Below the pieces are notes generated by a model. It was not told the origin of the DNA. It was given only the letters and a program-made list of their open reading frames with translations, and searched no databases. From positions 45,243 to 109,242 of the forward strand of contig CALSCP010002553.1 of NCBI GenBank assembly GCA_943704425.1: a stretch of 64,000 nt of DNA, given 5' to 3'. The stretch comes from Ministeria vibrans ATCC 50519 (lineage: Eukaryota; Protista; Filasterea). Both the position numbers and the translations under genes were made by a program. Position 1 is the first letter of the stretch; every line of letters begins with the position of its first letter. Of this stretch, positions 13,282-26,502 are shown piece by piece.

Positions 13282-13540
13282 TTAGAGAGAGGACTTATCT
13301 TCGAGCTGACGAGCGACGAGACGGGCGTAAAGACCATTATTGGCAACGAGAACGTCGTGTGAGCCGCTCTCAACAGCACGCCCGTGGTCAATGACGACGA
13401 TGCGATCGGCATTGCGCACTGTGCTCAGCCGGTGTGCGATCACGACAACGGTGCAGCGGCTCTCGCGCATGATCCGGTCTAGCGCTGCCTGTACAATTGC
13501 CTCGCTCTCAGCGTCCAACGCCGATGTCGCTTCGTCCTAC

Positions 13541-13607
<67 letters not shown>

Positions 13608-13658
13608 AAGTGATAGAGAGAGAGAGAGACAAAGTGATAGAGAGAGAGAGAAACAAAG

Positions 13659-13693
<35 letters not shown>

Positions 13694-16676
13694 GGGAGAA
13701 AGAAACAAAGTGATAAAGAGAGAGAGAGAAAGAGAGGAGGGGGAGAAAGAAACAAAGTGATAGAGAGAAAAACGAAGTGAAAGTGATAGAAACAAAGTGA
13801 AAGTGATAGAGAGAGAGAGAATAAAGTAATACAGGGGAAGAATGAAGTGATAGAGGGAAAGAACAAAGTGAGAGAGATGCGTTGTTGAGTAAGTGTCAAT
13901 GTCGCAAGGATGTGTCGTACAAGAAGCATGATAGCAGGATTGCGCACGACTGCCCGTGCGATTGCAATGCGCTGCTTCTGTCCGCCACTCAACAACACTC
14001 CCTAAAAGACTTGTGTCAAACATATGACACTCACACACACACACAATCACACCAAACAACAAGTCAACGAAACCAAATTCACACACACACACCACATTCT
14101 CTCTCTCTTTCTCTCCTCAGTATCACATTGTTCTTTCCCCGTCCTTTCTCTCTCTTTGACACATCTCATACATACCCTCTCGCCAACTTCCGTGTTCATT
14201 CCGTCGGGCAGTTCGTTGATAAACCCAGTGGCGTTGGCGAGTGTCGCCGCTTGTTCCACTGCGTCCACGCCCAGCGCTGCCTGCTCGGCCTCGTCCAGTC
14301 CATACAGGATGTTTTCTCGGATTGTCCGACTCCCAAAAATGACTGGTTCCTATGGTAAGCAGTCAGTCAAAGAGCAACGGACCGTTTTTTTCCTGCGCTC
14401 ACCTGTCCAACCATGGCAATGTGCCTGTGTAGCCAACGATGGTCATAGTGAGCGATGGGAACCCCATCAAGGCACACCTGGCCCTCGTTAGCCTCATAGA
14501 AGTACTCCATGAGCTTGATGGTGGAGCTCTTCCCTCCGCCGCTCGTGCCCACCAGCGCAAGGACCATTCCAGGATCAATGCTCAGTGTGAGGCCTCGCAG
14601 CACTTCAGTGTCAGGCCGGGCTGGGTAGGCAAAATGCACATTGACCAGCTCAAGACGCCCCACAGCAGTGCCCTCGGGAATGTACGTGCCATTTTTGTCC
14701 ACCAGTGGCTCTCGGTTAGTCAACTACAAAGCGATACAACAGAGGAATTAAAAATTAAAAGTACATAAAATAATAATAATAATAATAATTATTATTATTA
14801 TTATTATTATAATAATAATAAAATTATTAATAATTTAGATAATATATGTGTACCTCAAAGACCATGTCAGCAGCACCCAGTGCCTCGGTAAGCCCGCTCC
14901 AGATGTCGGCAATACTGGTAAAGGCAGACGTAAGGGACGACTGGTAGAGCATAAACGAGACGAGCGCCCCGCCCGACATCTCATTGGCAATGACCAGCTT
15001 GCCTCCGTAAAACAGCACAAGAGCGCTGGTAAAATTGGGTAGGACAGTCACAGAGATGGCGTAGATGAGGTAGAAGAGACAGCGACGGACGCACCAGCGA
15101 TAAAAGATGGCCATCTGGCGAGTATAGCCGTCGAGTTCGCTCTGCTCGCCCGCCATCGAGCGCACTGTTGTCATGGCAGACAGAGCCTCCTGCGCCACAC
15201 TGTTCGCTTGCCCTAGTGCCTACCAGCCAAATATCAGAAGAATAAGTCACACATGCAAAAATGAACAATGGACACTATTCATCATACCGCTTGTGCGTTC
15301 TCCGAGATGACACGGTAGTATCGGCCAAAACGCTCTGAGACAAAGATGACGGCCGGCACGGAGAGCATGGTCACAAAGGAGAGATTGACGTTGAGGGTGA
15401 ACATGAAAACAAGCACCGCAACGGCCTGGACAAGCGAGCGCAGAAAAATGTTGACGTTGAGTCCAATTTGATCGGAGATTTTGGTTGTGTCTGCATTAAG
15501 ACGACTCGTAATGTCGCCACTCGAGGCCATGTCAAAGAAGCCAATCTCTTGGCGCAGCAGTGACTCGAACAGACGCGTGCGCACACGAACATTGATGCGC
15601 GAAATGCACAGCATAAAAATGGAACCGCGAATGCCGGTGAAGATGGCGCAGAGACCGGTCGTCAGGAGAAAGTAGGCGACGCTTCGGTAGAACTGCGACA
15701 GATCCTGATTGATGGCAACATCGTTGATAATCTGCCCCGTCAGTTTGGGCAAAAACGCGTTGGTGACGGCCGCAACGGCAAGTGCTACAAAGCCAACAAG
15801 GAGAATAGGCAGGTCGGGACGCGACAAGCGCAACAGACCCATCAGACTGGCGCGCTTCGTCTTCCCGCCCGACCGTTTCGCCTTCTCCACACGTTCCTTC
15901 TCTCTCGCCTTCTCCGACTTTTTCTTGCCATCCACATCCAACTCACTCTCGTCATCGCTCTCGTGATCCGACACGTCCACCTCGACCCAGCCCTTGGCGT
16001 TTCCGCGCGGCTTTTGCGTGCGCCTTTGTCGACGCAACAACTGCGACTGCGCATCGTCTTCATCACCATCGCTACTCTCGCTTGCCTCGAGACGATCGCC
16101 CCCGTTGATGTCGATCACGTGCACATCCCCATTGCTGTTGATCTTCGACGACTTTCGATCGCCCCGCTGGCGACAGCGATGCCGCCGCCGCCGCAGTCGA
16201 CACGATCGGCGGGCGAGACGTTCGCAGTGCACCAGCGCACGCGCGACCAGCGCGTCCGTCACAAACAGCGACACGGTCACGTAGGCGATGGTACCCCAAA
16301 AGAGACCATCCGCAGGCACATACATGCCTGCGCCGTCGACCAGTCGCGCCATGCACTTCACAAAGAGGTAAGCGAAGAAGAGCGCCACAAACGTATGCAT
16401 GAACATGCGCAGCCGCTGCCAACGCTCCATGGGCGCGTGCCGTCGTGCCGTCACTATGGCAATGTGAAATGCCCATACAGCAGTCGTGTGCAACCCCGTA
16501 AGCACGAGAACGTCCACGAGAGCGCCGCCTAGAGTGAACGATGTCACGTTGCGTAACACGTCAACAATGTTGCGTTGCCACTCAGCAAACGCATCGGAAG
16601 AGAGCAGCAACACTGCAATCAGCTCGAGGGTTGCAAGAATGGCCGCAGCACCCGATGTGCGAAGCGGATGCTTCAT
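13282..16676 (-). CDS. ABCB half-transporter, ABCB9/TAPL-like with N-terminal extra TM domain
   Basis: RQEIGFFD...GDITSRL in the TMD, Walker A GTSGGGKS, signature LSGGQKQR, Walker [12 protein letters not shown]-loop IAHRLST. Multiple spliced exons. Confidence 0.92.
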
Positions 16677-16891
16677 GGGGAAAAAAAGAGTGACAGACTC
16701 AGACAGAGGCAGCACCGATTGGCGATTGGCGATTTGAGATTTCGGATGACGAATTTTTCGAATTTTGGTGCGAAATTGTTTTCATTCCTTCAAAGATCTC
16801 ATCTCATTTAAAACCATCGTTTTCAATAAAATAATGCGTAATCTGTATAGTATTCATCACGGTAGTGTATCGCAAGATAAGGAGGGGGGGG

Positions 16892-19865
16892 TTAGGCAGA
16901 AGATTCGTGGTCAAAGGAGTCGGGATCGTCGAGGAACTCTTCGCCACCCTCAAGAAGAACGACCGGGAAGACACCACAGGTGCCGTTGCGCAGTCGACCC
17001 TCTACGTAGCCATCTTCTTTGCTGCAATTGATAATAGACAAACGTAAGAAGTCTCTCTGGTTATGTTTTGGAGCGTACCCTTGTTCAATAGTGTCGTAGA
17101 ACACAAAGACTTGGTCGCCCGCGTCAAAGGTGAGTTCGTCGTCCGCCTCTGCTTCGTTCTCGTACGCCGCAATCACTGATAATAACAATAATCACACGTT
17201 GAATGAGGGGATGTCCAAGAGAGAAAAATGAATTTGCGTACTAAGGATGGTTCTACGCTCGGTCGTAACGGGCGGAGGGGTATGTGCGGGTTGTGTGAGC
17301 ACCAGCGTGGGCTTTGGTTTTTGTTGGGTCGGCGGTGACATGGGCGGAGGTGGTTTGAAGGAGGGCAGCGAGGGACGGTTGCCGCTAGTGGACGACAACA
17401 GGGGAGTCGCCGGAGAAGCTGCTGCTGCTGCTGCTGCTGCTGCTGTGGTGGTGGTGGTGGTGGTGGTGGTGGTGGCGGTAGTCGCTGCGGGTGCTGGTGT
17501 GGTTTTAATTTTTTTCGTCGTTGCGGCCACTGGTGGAACTGGAGTGCTTTTGGAAAAGTCCGCGGTATGATGAAGGGGTGACGTGGTGTCGGAGGAGACG
17601 ACGTAGTGTGAGGAAGGGCGAGGGCGCGCTGAAGAGGAGCGGGAGGTGCGGGAGGAGGAGGTCGATGAGGAAGACGGGGCGGGTGGTGTGACTGCGACGG
17701 GAGCCGGGATCGGTTTGGTAGGAGAGTGCGAGGCAATGGCGGCAGTCGGCGTTGGTTTGGTAACAGGGTGCGAAGCAATTGAGGCAGCCGCGGCAGAGAT
17801 CGCGGCGGTAACGCCAACGGGAGCGGAGGGAGGCGAAGGGCAGTTGGCATCAACGAGGGGCGACGAGGTGTTTGATCGGTCACGGACGGGCTCGGGGGTG
17901 ACACTGCCACTGGTAGGATGGATTTGAATGGAAGGAGGGTCAACGGGTGCCAGGTGAGAGATACTGCCAATGGTCGACGAGCGACTGCGTAGCATCTCCT
18001 CTTGAATGTACTCAACATATGACTCCGGAAAGAGCCCTGTTGTGCCTCCCTCGTTGCTGCCACGCAGCCACCCATCGCCCATATCCTCAATGACAGTCAG
18101 AATCTCATCTTCAGCAATGTCCAGCTCATCGACATGTTGTGAGCGATAAACAAAAATGGCACGGCAGCGACGCTTCACTGCCGGATGCGAAGGCACTGAC
18201 AGTCCCCGGTTGCTCTGTGTGTCGTCGTCGTCGCCATAGTCAGATTTGATGTCATCCATGGCCACGCCATCCACATGCACTAAAATCATAGTGTGAGGGT
18301 GTGTGTGAGAGAGAGGGAGAAAGAGAGAGAACAATGATTTTAAATAAAAACAAAGTGAAGAAAGAGAGAAAGAAACAAAATGATAGATAGAAAGTATTAA
18401 AAACCTAAGTGATCAGAATCTCAAAAAAGTTCTTACAGCCAATATCTTCGAGTGCGTTGATGGACTCTTGAGCTTTGGAGCGCATGACATTCAAGAAGCG
18501 GATCATCTCCCGATTGGCCGTTGCTTCTAAACGCGACTTCTCTAGTGTCTCCTGATCGCAAAATTCAGGCTAGAAAGAAAAGAACAAATGAGTGGTGTCG
18601 GAATTATTTATGACTATTGTTCTCCTTCTCTCTTCCTGACCTGTTTTTCGTATTGGTCCAACAAAGTCTCAACGCCAACTAGAGTCTTTTCTTTGCTCGC
18701 AATTCTCCGGTCAATTTTGGCCACTTCACCAACCAAATGAGTCAATTGCTTTGTCAGCTCCACGGTCGATACGTCGTCCAACACAAAATTCTTCACCTAG
18801 ACACACACACACACAGTATCAGTAAGTAAATGTGCACTTGGGAGGCAATTATTCCTAGTTACTGTGTCTGTCTCAAGCGGCAGGAATACAATGGGTGGCG
18901 GCTCAGCAAAATCTTTTTGGTTGTCCAGTAGAAAAACATTGTTCTCAAAGGCCTGGTCAACAAGAGACACTGCACTTGCCATGCGTTGCATCTGTTCCTG
19001 TCCGTTGCTGTACAGCTCACGGTAGATGGTGGTCAGGTTGGTCAGGTCTGTCCGGATTCCGTCGAAGAACGGTCCATCAATAAACTACGTAAACAGTGTT
19101 AGAGAACGACAGAACAAAAGAAAGATAGGTACTGAGAAAAACAGAGAAAAAAAAGTTGGAAAGCGCGAAAACAAAGACGTACTATAGGGAGAGGAAATCA
19201 AGCAATTGAAATCCAATCCAACACACATCAGTGTATCATATTTGTAACGCACAATATCACATTTCACAATCATTATAGCATCACATTGAGCACCCACAAT
19301 TACACTTGATGCGTCGCCCACTCATGTACCTCCTCCAACTGGGGCAGGTCCGTGCGGTAGTAGCGCACCATGTGTCCGTTGGCTGCCGCCACTGCCAACA
19401 TATAGTCGTGCCTCGCAAACTGACTGCGCCGCTCGCACAGTGTCCGTTTTGCCTCTGCTCGCTTCAGCTTCTTCTCAAGGTCCGATTTTGACTGAAAGAA
19501 CCTACCAAAAACAAAATAATATGCAAAAAAGGTTCATCAAAACATATACATTACCATTTTGAAGAATCAGATTGTTCATACCCTTTAGAGTTCTTTTTCA
19601 GTTTGTCCTCAATCTCATCAAACTTTGTCCGCGACACCTCGGCAACCTTCTCCAGCTCCATATATGCCTTGCGCGCCTACACATACATATATACGTATAT
19701 AGATAGATAGAAGATATACACATATATGAGGTTAACGCATGTCAAGTACGTTTCGGGTCGTTGTGCAGACAAAGAGGCTCTTCTCTCTTCCTTTCCTTCC
19801 CATTCCCTCGCCAGGCTTAATATATACATATATATCTCTCTTTCTATCACTCTCTCACTCTCTCA

Positions 19866-19907
<42 letters not shown>

Positions 19908-20767
19908 ATCACTTTGTTTCTCGCTCTATTTTCTGCTGACCTTGTCCAGCTCGGCAAAGGTCTTTTGAACTTCCTCTTGCATGTGATGGTGCACCTCGAC
20001 ACCGCGCTTCAAAAGCCCCTTCTTTGTCACCGCCAGCTGCTTCAGTGGTTCAACTACTTGTGACTCAATCGCCTCGGCCACGCTCTGTGAGTATCGCGCT
20101 CTCTCAGCCTGCAGAATCAACAACAAGACACACACACACACACACACAAAAAAAGAATCGAAAGAGTTTGAATGGCAAGACGAAAAACGCTTCGAGTCAG
20201 CGCCATTACGGTTTCTTCAAGGACCAATTTCCAGCAGGTGGTCACGGTCTTCCTCTCAATGTTGTCCGCAGTGGGAATCATCGGATTCTTCGGCCAGCCT
20301 TTCTTCTTGAGCACGCTGGCGGTCGCCTTGCCCAGCGCCGACGAATACTCCGCCTCGATCTTCGCCACCTGGTGCATAAACGACCGCATTTCCTCAACCA
20401 GCTCTACACGATCAGTCCTTCAGAAGCATACCCTCCTCCCACACACATATGCGTCCGCTCAAAATTCCCATGTCGCTCTTTTTGAGGTTTGACGAGGTGA
20501 AAAAAAAAAAAAAAAACATAGCGGCGCTTGTTTTCAGACTGCTGTACCTTCTTCAGCGCCACCCTTCTGCTGAATCAGACGCAGTTGATCAGGCATCACC
20601 TGGGCGAACAGCGACGAGTCCAAATCCTTGCGGCGGGCGCTGCACAGACGCGATTAAGACGCAATGGCGAGTGTGGGCCCAAGGCGACGCCCGGTCGCTT
20701 ACCTCGTCCGTAAGGTGCCGAAATTGGCAATGCCACTTACCGCTCTACGAGCTGTCGGGCGGTCCAT
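16892..20767 (-). CDS. FCHSD: F-BAR plus two SH3 domains, FCHSD1/2 (Nervous wreck)-like
   Basis: ELVEEMRSFMHQVAKIEAEY, ARHDYMLAVAAANGHMVRYYRTDLP and VFLLDNQKDFAEPPPIVFLPLETDT resemble FCHSD2. SH3a DELDIAEDEILTVIEDMGDGWLRG..GLFPESYV; SH3b DDELTFDAGD..DGYVEG..GVFP. 5' exons are less certain. Confidence 0.85.
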
Positions 20768-21019
20768 TGCAGAAAAAATTGTTATTTGTGGACACTTAAC
20801 ACTTTAAACTTTTCGTGTTAATTAATTGTCTTTTGATGACTGTGATTTGAGTTTTGACTCAGTTCAGTTTAGACTTCAGACTTTCTTTTTTCTTATTTGC
20901 GACCACGCAAGGCGCATTCAGTTCTCCTCATACCCTGTGCTGATTCCACACTCTGAGCCAGACAGCTTTCGGCGCCATTCCCCTCGGCCGGCCTTGTTTG
21001 CGCGTGTGATTTCATCATC

Positions 21020-24000
21020 ATGCCAAAGCGAAAGCCGACCGTGTCGCCTCGGACGCGAACCGGGTCGTCTCGTGGCGCCACTGCAGCTGCTGCGTGCACA
21101 CGATCGACTGGCGGCGGCGGCGACGACGACGACGACGATGTGATCATGGTTGACGACGGCAACGAGGAGAGCGACGGCGGAGGAGGGGCGCAAGACGACG
21201 TCGAGCAGAGCCAAGACGACGATGTGGTGTGTCTCGACCCGCCCCCACACAAGCAGCCGCGCCGCAATGCCGCCGCTGACCAGCCAGCAGAGTTTATGTT
21301 TCACGCGTCTATGCAGGCTGTGCGCTCCGCCGACGTGGGCGCTCGCATGCACTTTGTGGTGGCCCCTCAACACGATGCAGTGTACCTGTTTCACTCGATG
21401 GGAGACCGTCAACGTGTTGGCTACCTCTCGGGCGCCCTCGTGCCTGCCATCACCGAAATGTTTGCTGACGAGCACCACTTGGTTGTATCGGCGGTCGTGG
21501 CGAGTCGTGACTCGCTGCCGCCTCAATACGTCGAGTCAAACGCTTGCTCGACGGCTTTCTCCGCTCGTGTCATTGGGTCCACCACCTCCTGCATTCGTGC
21601 CATGCGCCATCTCAACGCCTGCGGCACACTCATCATTACGACAGACACACGACTACGCGCGGCGCTCGACGTCATGGAGCAACAGCAGCAACATTCACAG
21701 AGACGTGTCCAACCTCCACCTAAAACGAGCCGTTCCACCACCGCCACCGCCACCGGCGCCACTGCCACACCAACCATTTCCGCCAGTCGCACCTACCTCA
21801 TGGGATTTCCTTACAAGATGCGTTTGCTTCGTCAAACTCCCGCGCCCAGCGACGTGTTGCCTTTCATCTTGCAGTACGATCGTCGTCGTCCCGAAAACTC
21901 CGTCATTTCCATCAGCTCAATGGAACGCGTGCCCATGGGTCATGTAGACCGTCGTCTTACGCGTGTCATGGCCTCCCTAATGTATGCCAACGACGTCCGT
22001 CTTGTAGCCACGGTGCTCGCTCGCGACGGCCATTCATCCATACCCTGTCTCGACACCGAATGTCCTCTCTCGGTGCGCGTGTACGGGCACCCGAGCCTCT
22101 CGCGCACCGTTCACGACGCCCTCACCTCCGTCGGCGTTCAGGTCGTAATCGAATCCTCCCTCGACCGCCTTGCACAACACCCTTCCCGCTCACCTCTCTC
22201 CAATTCACCCGCCTCGTCCAGTACAAACTCGCCGGCGGGCACTGTCGACGCCAGCGCTACTTCTGCAGGGTCGGCAGCAGGCCCGTATGGCAGCAACGGC
22301 GGTGCTACCGACCACACCCGCCACCTTCCTGCAAGTATTACATCCACCACCACCACCACTACCGAGGCACCCTCGGGCACTTCGCAAACTGTGTACAACA
22401 ATGGGCAAATCCCCACAGTGGTCGACTCGATGATCCAAACGGCGCGCGACCTCGCCACCATGCCCAAGGCCACCCAGCCCGATCGTTTGCGTACCTCTCT
22501 TCTTCCCTACCAACGTCAGGGGCTACAGTGGCTCCTCGATCGAGAGCACCCTCCACTCCCCACCTTAGACACTCCCCAGTTCTTCTGGTCGTTCCGTCCC
22601 ACTCAGTATGTCAACACCACCACGGGCAATGTCTACCACAACTCCCTTACCGACGCCGAAGTCATCTTGCCCCCACGTCTTCCTCGCGGCGGAATTCTTG
22701 CCGACGACATGGGTCTTGGAAAGGTACCACAAAGACGAAGAACAAAAAAACCTTCCCATTAGAATTTTAATTATTATTATTATTATTAATTATTATTATT
22801 ATTATTCTTATTCTTATTCTTATTCTTATTTTTATTATTATTATTATCATTATTAATTATTATTATTATTATTATTATTATTCTTATTCTTATTTTTATT
22901 ATTATTATTATCATTATTAATTATTATTATTTTTATTATTATTATTATCATTATTAATTATTATTATTATTATTATTCTATTTCTTATTTTTATTATTAT
23001 TATTATCATTATTAATTATTATTATTATTATTATTATTATTCTTATTCTTATTTTTATTATTATTATTTTGACTTTCATCATCATACTTATTATAGACGA
23101 TTCAATTTATTGGATTGATGGTGTCTGATCCGTCGGGTACGGGTCTTGTGGCGCAACCACGACCACCGGTACATGGCACAGTACGCACCACACTTGTTGT
23201 GTGTCCCCTGAGTGTGGTGAGTACGTGGGTGGAACAGATTCGACAGCACGTCGTTCCCGAACGCTTTCTACGTCAGTTTGTGTTTCACGGCACCAGTCGA
23301 ACGTCCTGCTCCATCAACGACCTTACCTCATACGACGTCGTCATCACCACTTATCAGATTGTGAGTAGCGAGCATGCGCTTTATCTTGAAGACCTTGCTG
23401 CCGAAAATGCGGGTGGAACGGGTGCCAGTGGCTGTGCGAGTGGCACTGCTACATCCACAGCCGGTGCAAAAGCCTCAGTATCGGGTCGCGGCAGTCCCAA
23501 TGGTGCGGTTGGGGCACGCAACAAGCGAGGCCATCGTAGTTTGCTGCATCGCATTCGCTGGCTGCGTGTTATTCTTGACGAGGGACACGCCATCAAGAGC
23601 CGTCAGACGAAGCAATCCATTGCGGCGTGTGCTCTGGACGCCGACCGATACTGGGTGACGACTGGTACGCCCATTCAAAATCGTCTTGACGACCTCTACG
23701 CTCTTGTCAAGTTTCTGCACGCCCAGCCACTGGACAACCGCGACGAGTTTACGCGTCTCATTGCACGTCCGCTCACGTCCAATGTCGAGTCGACACGCCA
23801 AGCTGCCATGCATCGTCTGCAGGGTTTGGTCACCTTCTTGTGTCTGCGTCGTCACAAATCTACCGAGATTTTGGGCCAGAAGATTCTTACGTTGCCCGAG
23901 AAACACATCTCCATTGAGTGGCTTGACATGCTTGAGGACGAACGCAAGTTGTACGTGTACATGCGCGAGCGCAGCAAGAATGTCATCTCGTCGTTTCTCG

Positions 24001-25403
24001 AGCAGGGCACGCTCTTGCAAAACTACGTGCACGTCCTCGAACAATTTATGCGTCTGCGTCAGCTGTGTGACCACCCTATGCTTGCGGCGCGCCACGTGAC
24101 GCAGCACGATTTACAAGTGATCAACAGCGGTGGTGGGGATGATGTGACGGAGTCTATGGCAAAGAGTATGACGTGCAATAGCGACCGCACGGCAACAGCA
24201 ACGACAGGGGCATCCGCAGCGAGTGCGTCGACGACTGTTGCTTCGCCAGTGGACGTGGCACGCACATTGTTGCGTGCGAGTGAGTCACTCGACTGTGTGG
24301 TGTGCAGCGAGCCCATTCGCAAGCCAATGATTACGCCCTGTGGTCATTTCTTCTGTTTGCGTTGTGTCCAGCGTGTGCTGCCAAGCAGTCGACAATGTCC
24401 CCTGTGTTCACTTCCGGTTGTTATGGACCAACTTGTGTCGCCGTTTGACGATACCTCGCGACCCATTGAGGTGCTTGACGACGACGACGATGACGACGAC
24501 GACGATGGCGACGTGATGTTGGTGGCGCCGGCCAAGGCGGTGACGACGGTGACGGGAGCGGCCGCGGAGAGTGCAAGTGCGAGTGTGAGTCAGACATCGA
24601 CGACTGTGGCGGCACCTGCACGCGCCTTGGGTGGTGGACGCGAGTTTAAGATGAGCACCAAGATGCAGTTTTTGGTGCATCTGTTGGAGACGACGCGTGC
24701 CGAGGATGCGACGGTGAAGACGGTGGTGTTCTCGCAGTGGACCAAGATGCTTGATTTGGTGGAACGACCGTTAGTTGCGCGTCGCATTGGCTTTCGACGA
24801 CTGGACGGTTCGATGCGACGGGAGAAGCGCGAGGAGGCGATGCGGGACTTTGCGCGGGAGAAGGGCGTCCAAGTGTTGTTGGTGTCGTTGCGTTGCGGTG
24901 GACTGGGGCTGAATCTGACCATGGCGCAGCAGGTAGTGCTGCTCGATCCGTGGTTCAATCCGTCGGTGGAGGACCAGGCGATTGATCGAGTGTACCGTCT
25001 GGGTCAGCCACGGCCCGTGCGTGTCTATCGACTGTTCATGCGCAACAGCATCGAGGAGACCATCTATCGGATGCAGGAGGACAAGCGCAAGCTGATGCGC
25101 GACGCGCTCAACGACCCGCGCGGGCGCAACGAGGCGGAGGCACGCGAAGACCGCAAGAAGGACTTTCGGATGCTCATTGAGGGAGGGTTGGGCATTGGGG
25201 GAGACGAGGCGAAGGAAGGCCAAAGTGTAAAGCGGCGAAATGTGGAGGGGGCACAAGAGACGGAGGAGAAGGAGAGGAAGAGACGGAGAGTGCCTATGAC
25301 GGCCACTGCCATTGGGGTGGGCCAAGGGATGGGAGAGACCGATGGAAGAGCAGGAGGAGGAGGGGAAGGAAGGGCGCGGAAGAAGCGGTCGAGGAAATTG
25401 TAG
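21020..25403 (+). CDS. Rad5/HLTF-family SNF2 ATPase with RING finger and HIRAN-like N-terminus
   Basis: GGILADDMGLGK|TIQ across intron 22724-23096, RVILDEGH, TGTPIQN, C3HC4 RING (CVVC..CGHFFC..C..CPLC), VVFSQW, GLNLT, QAIDRVYRLGQ. Confidence 0.93.
22765..23075. repeat. AT-rich (TAT)n composite tandem repeat inside intron
   Basis: Recurrent unit ttattattatcattattaattattattatt...cttattcttatttt, about 4-5 imperfect copies. Confidence 0.9.
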
Positions 25404-25448
25404 TAAATTTGAGTACTTCACACACACAACTTGTACAGAATAACATCA

Positions 25449-26209
25449 TTAGAGTTTGCTCGAGGGTGTGTCGAGCAGGGAGACCAAGAGAGTGCGAATG
25501 TCGGAGAATTCGCGGATATCAAGGCCGTGCTCGAGCCCTGGATACGTCTTGCGGGTGACCGACACACCAGACTGGGCCAGAAGAAGCGCTGCAGACTCGG
25601 ACATTTGAGCGGGAATCATGGGGTCGTCGAGGCCGTGGAAGATGTGGACGGGTGTGGACTTGTTTTCGGTCGAAATGAGCGGCAGGAGCTTCTCCCCAAG
25701 TGGCAGATAGCAGGAAAGGTTGAGGAGAGCGCACAATGGCAGTTTAGACTGAAGGCCGGCATAGAAGGCGACGACGCCGCCCTGACTGAAGCCACCAAGC
25801 ACAATATTGTTGGATCCAACCTGGGGGGAAGAAGCAGGTGAGGTGCTTAGTCTGACAAGGGCAGTTGTCGTACTATCGCGTGTTCGGTCTCGATCAACGA
25901 GTCGACGGTCGCGCGTGAGTCGTCAATGCCGTCAAGCTGCTCGTCGATACGCTCGGAGAGCCCCTCAATGTCGTACCACGAGGGCATGACGGTGCCCATG
26001 TTGAGTGTGACGGGCACAGAGGGTGCCGTGGGCAGCAGGATTTTAGTTTGCGGCAGAGTCTTGGCGATCATCTCGAAGGGTTGGCGCCAGCCTTCGCCCG
26101 TGTCCCCCAGGCCATGTAGGAAGATGATTGTGGATGTGTGCGCCTTGGTGGGCGCGATTTCAATGACGCGTCGTGCCCGCGCGGCCGTCGAGAGTGTTCT
26201 CAGCAGCAT
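25449..26209 (-). CDS. LYPLA: Acyl-protein thioesterase / lysophospholipase (LYPLA1/2 family)
   Basis: FLHGLGDTG, PVTLNMG.VMPSWYDI, GGFSQGG, FHGLDDPMIP, YPGLEH catalytic-triad motifs; one intron. Confidence 0.93.
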
Positions 26210-26502
26210 GCGAGACAAAATTAGTAAAAATTAATGTAGTGATAATAATAATAATACATTGAATAATTATAATATCTTTTTTTTCTTATATCTTTTAAAA
26301 ATTATTCGCTTCTGGGAGTGGGATTTTGGAACATCTCACATCAGAGTAAATTGTACTCTTATTCCCTTACTTGTTCTCTATTATTTTGTAGTCTTATTGT
26401 CTTAAAAATTTTATTGAAATAAACAAAGTTAATTGTGCTGCAGTGCATTGCTGTACATGTTGTGGGGGTATAGGTTGCGTAAATAAGAATGGAGGCAAAT
26501 GG

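Noticed and set aside
26305-26346. ATTCGCTTCT (U2-like start) plus a hairpin with GATTTTGGA
   Set aside because: No U2 branch-pairing GTAGTA or other snRNA landmark; a single imperfect hairpin.
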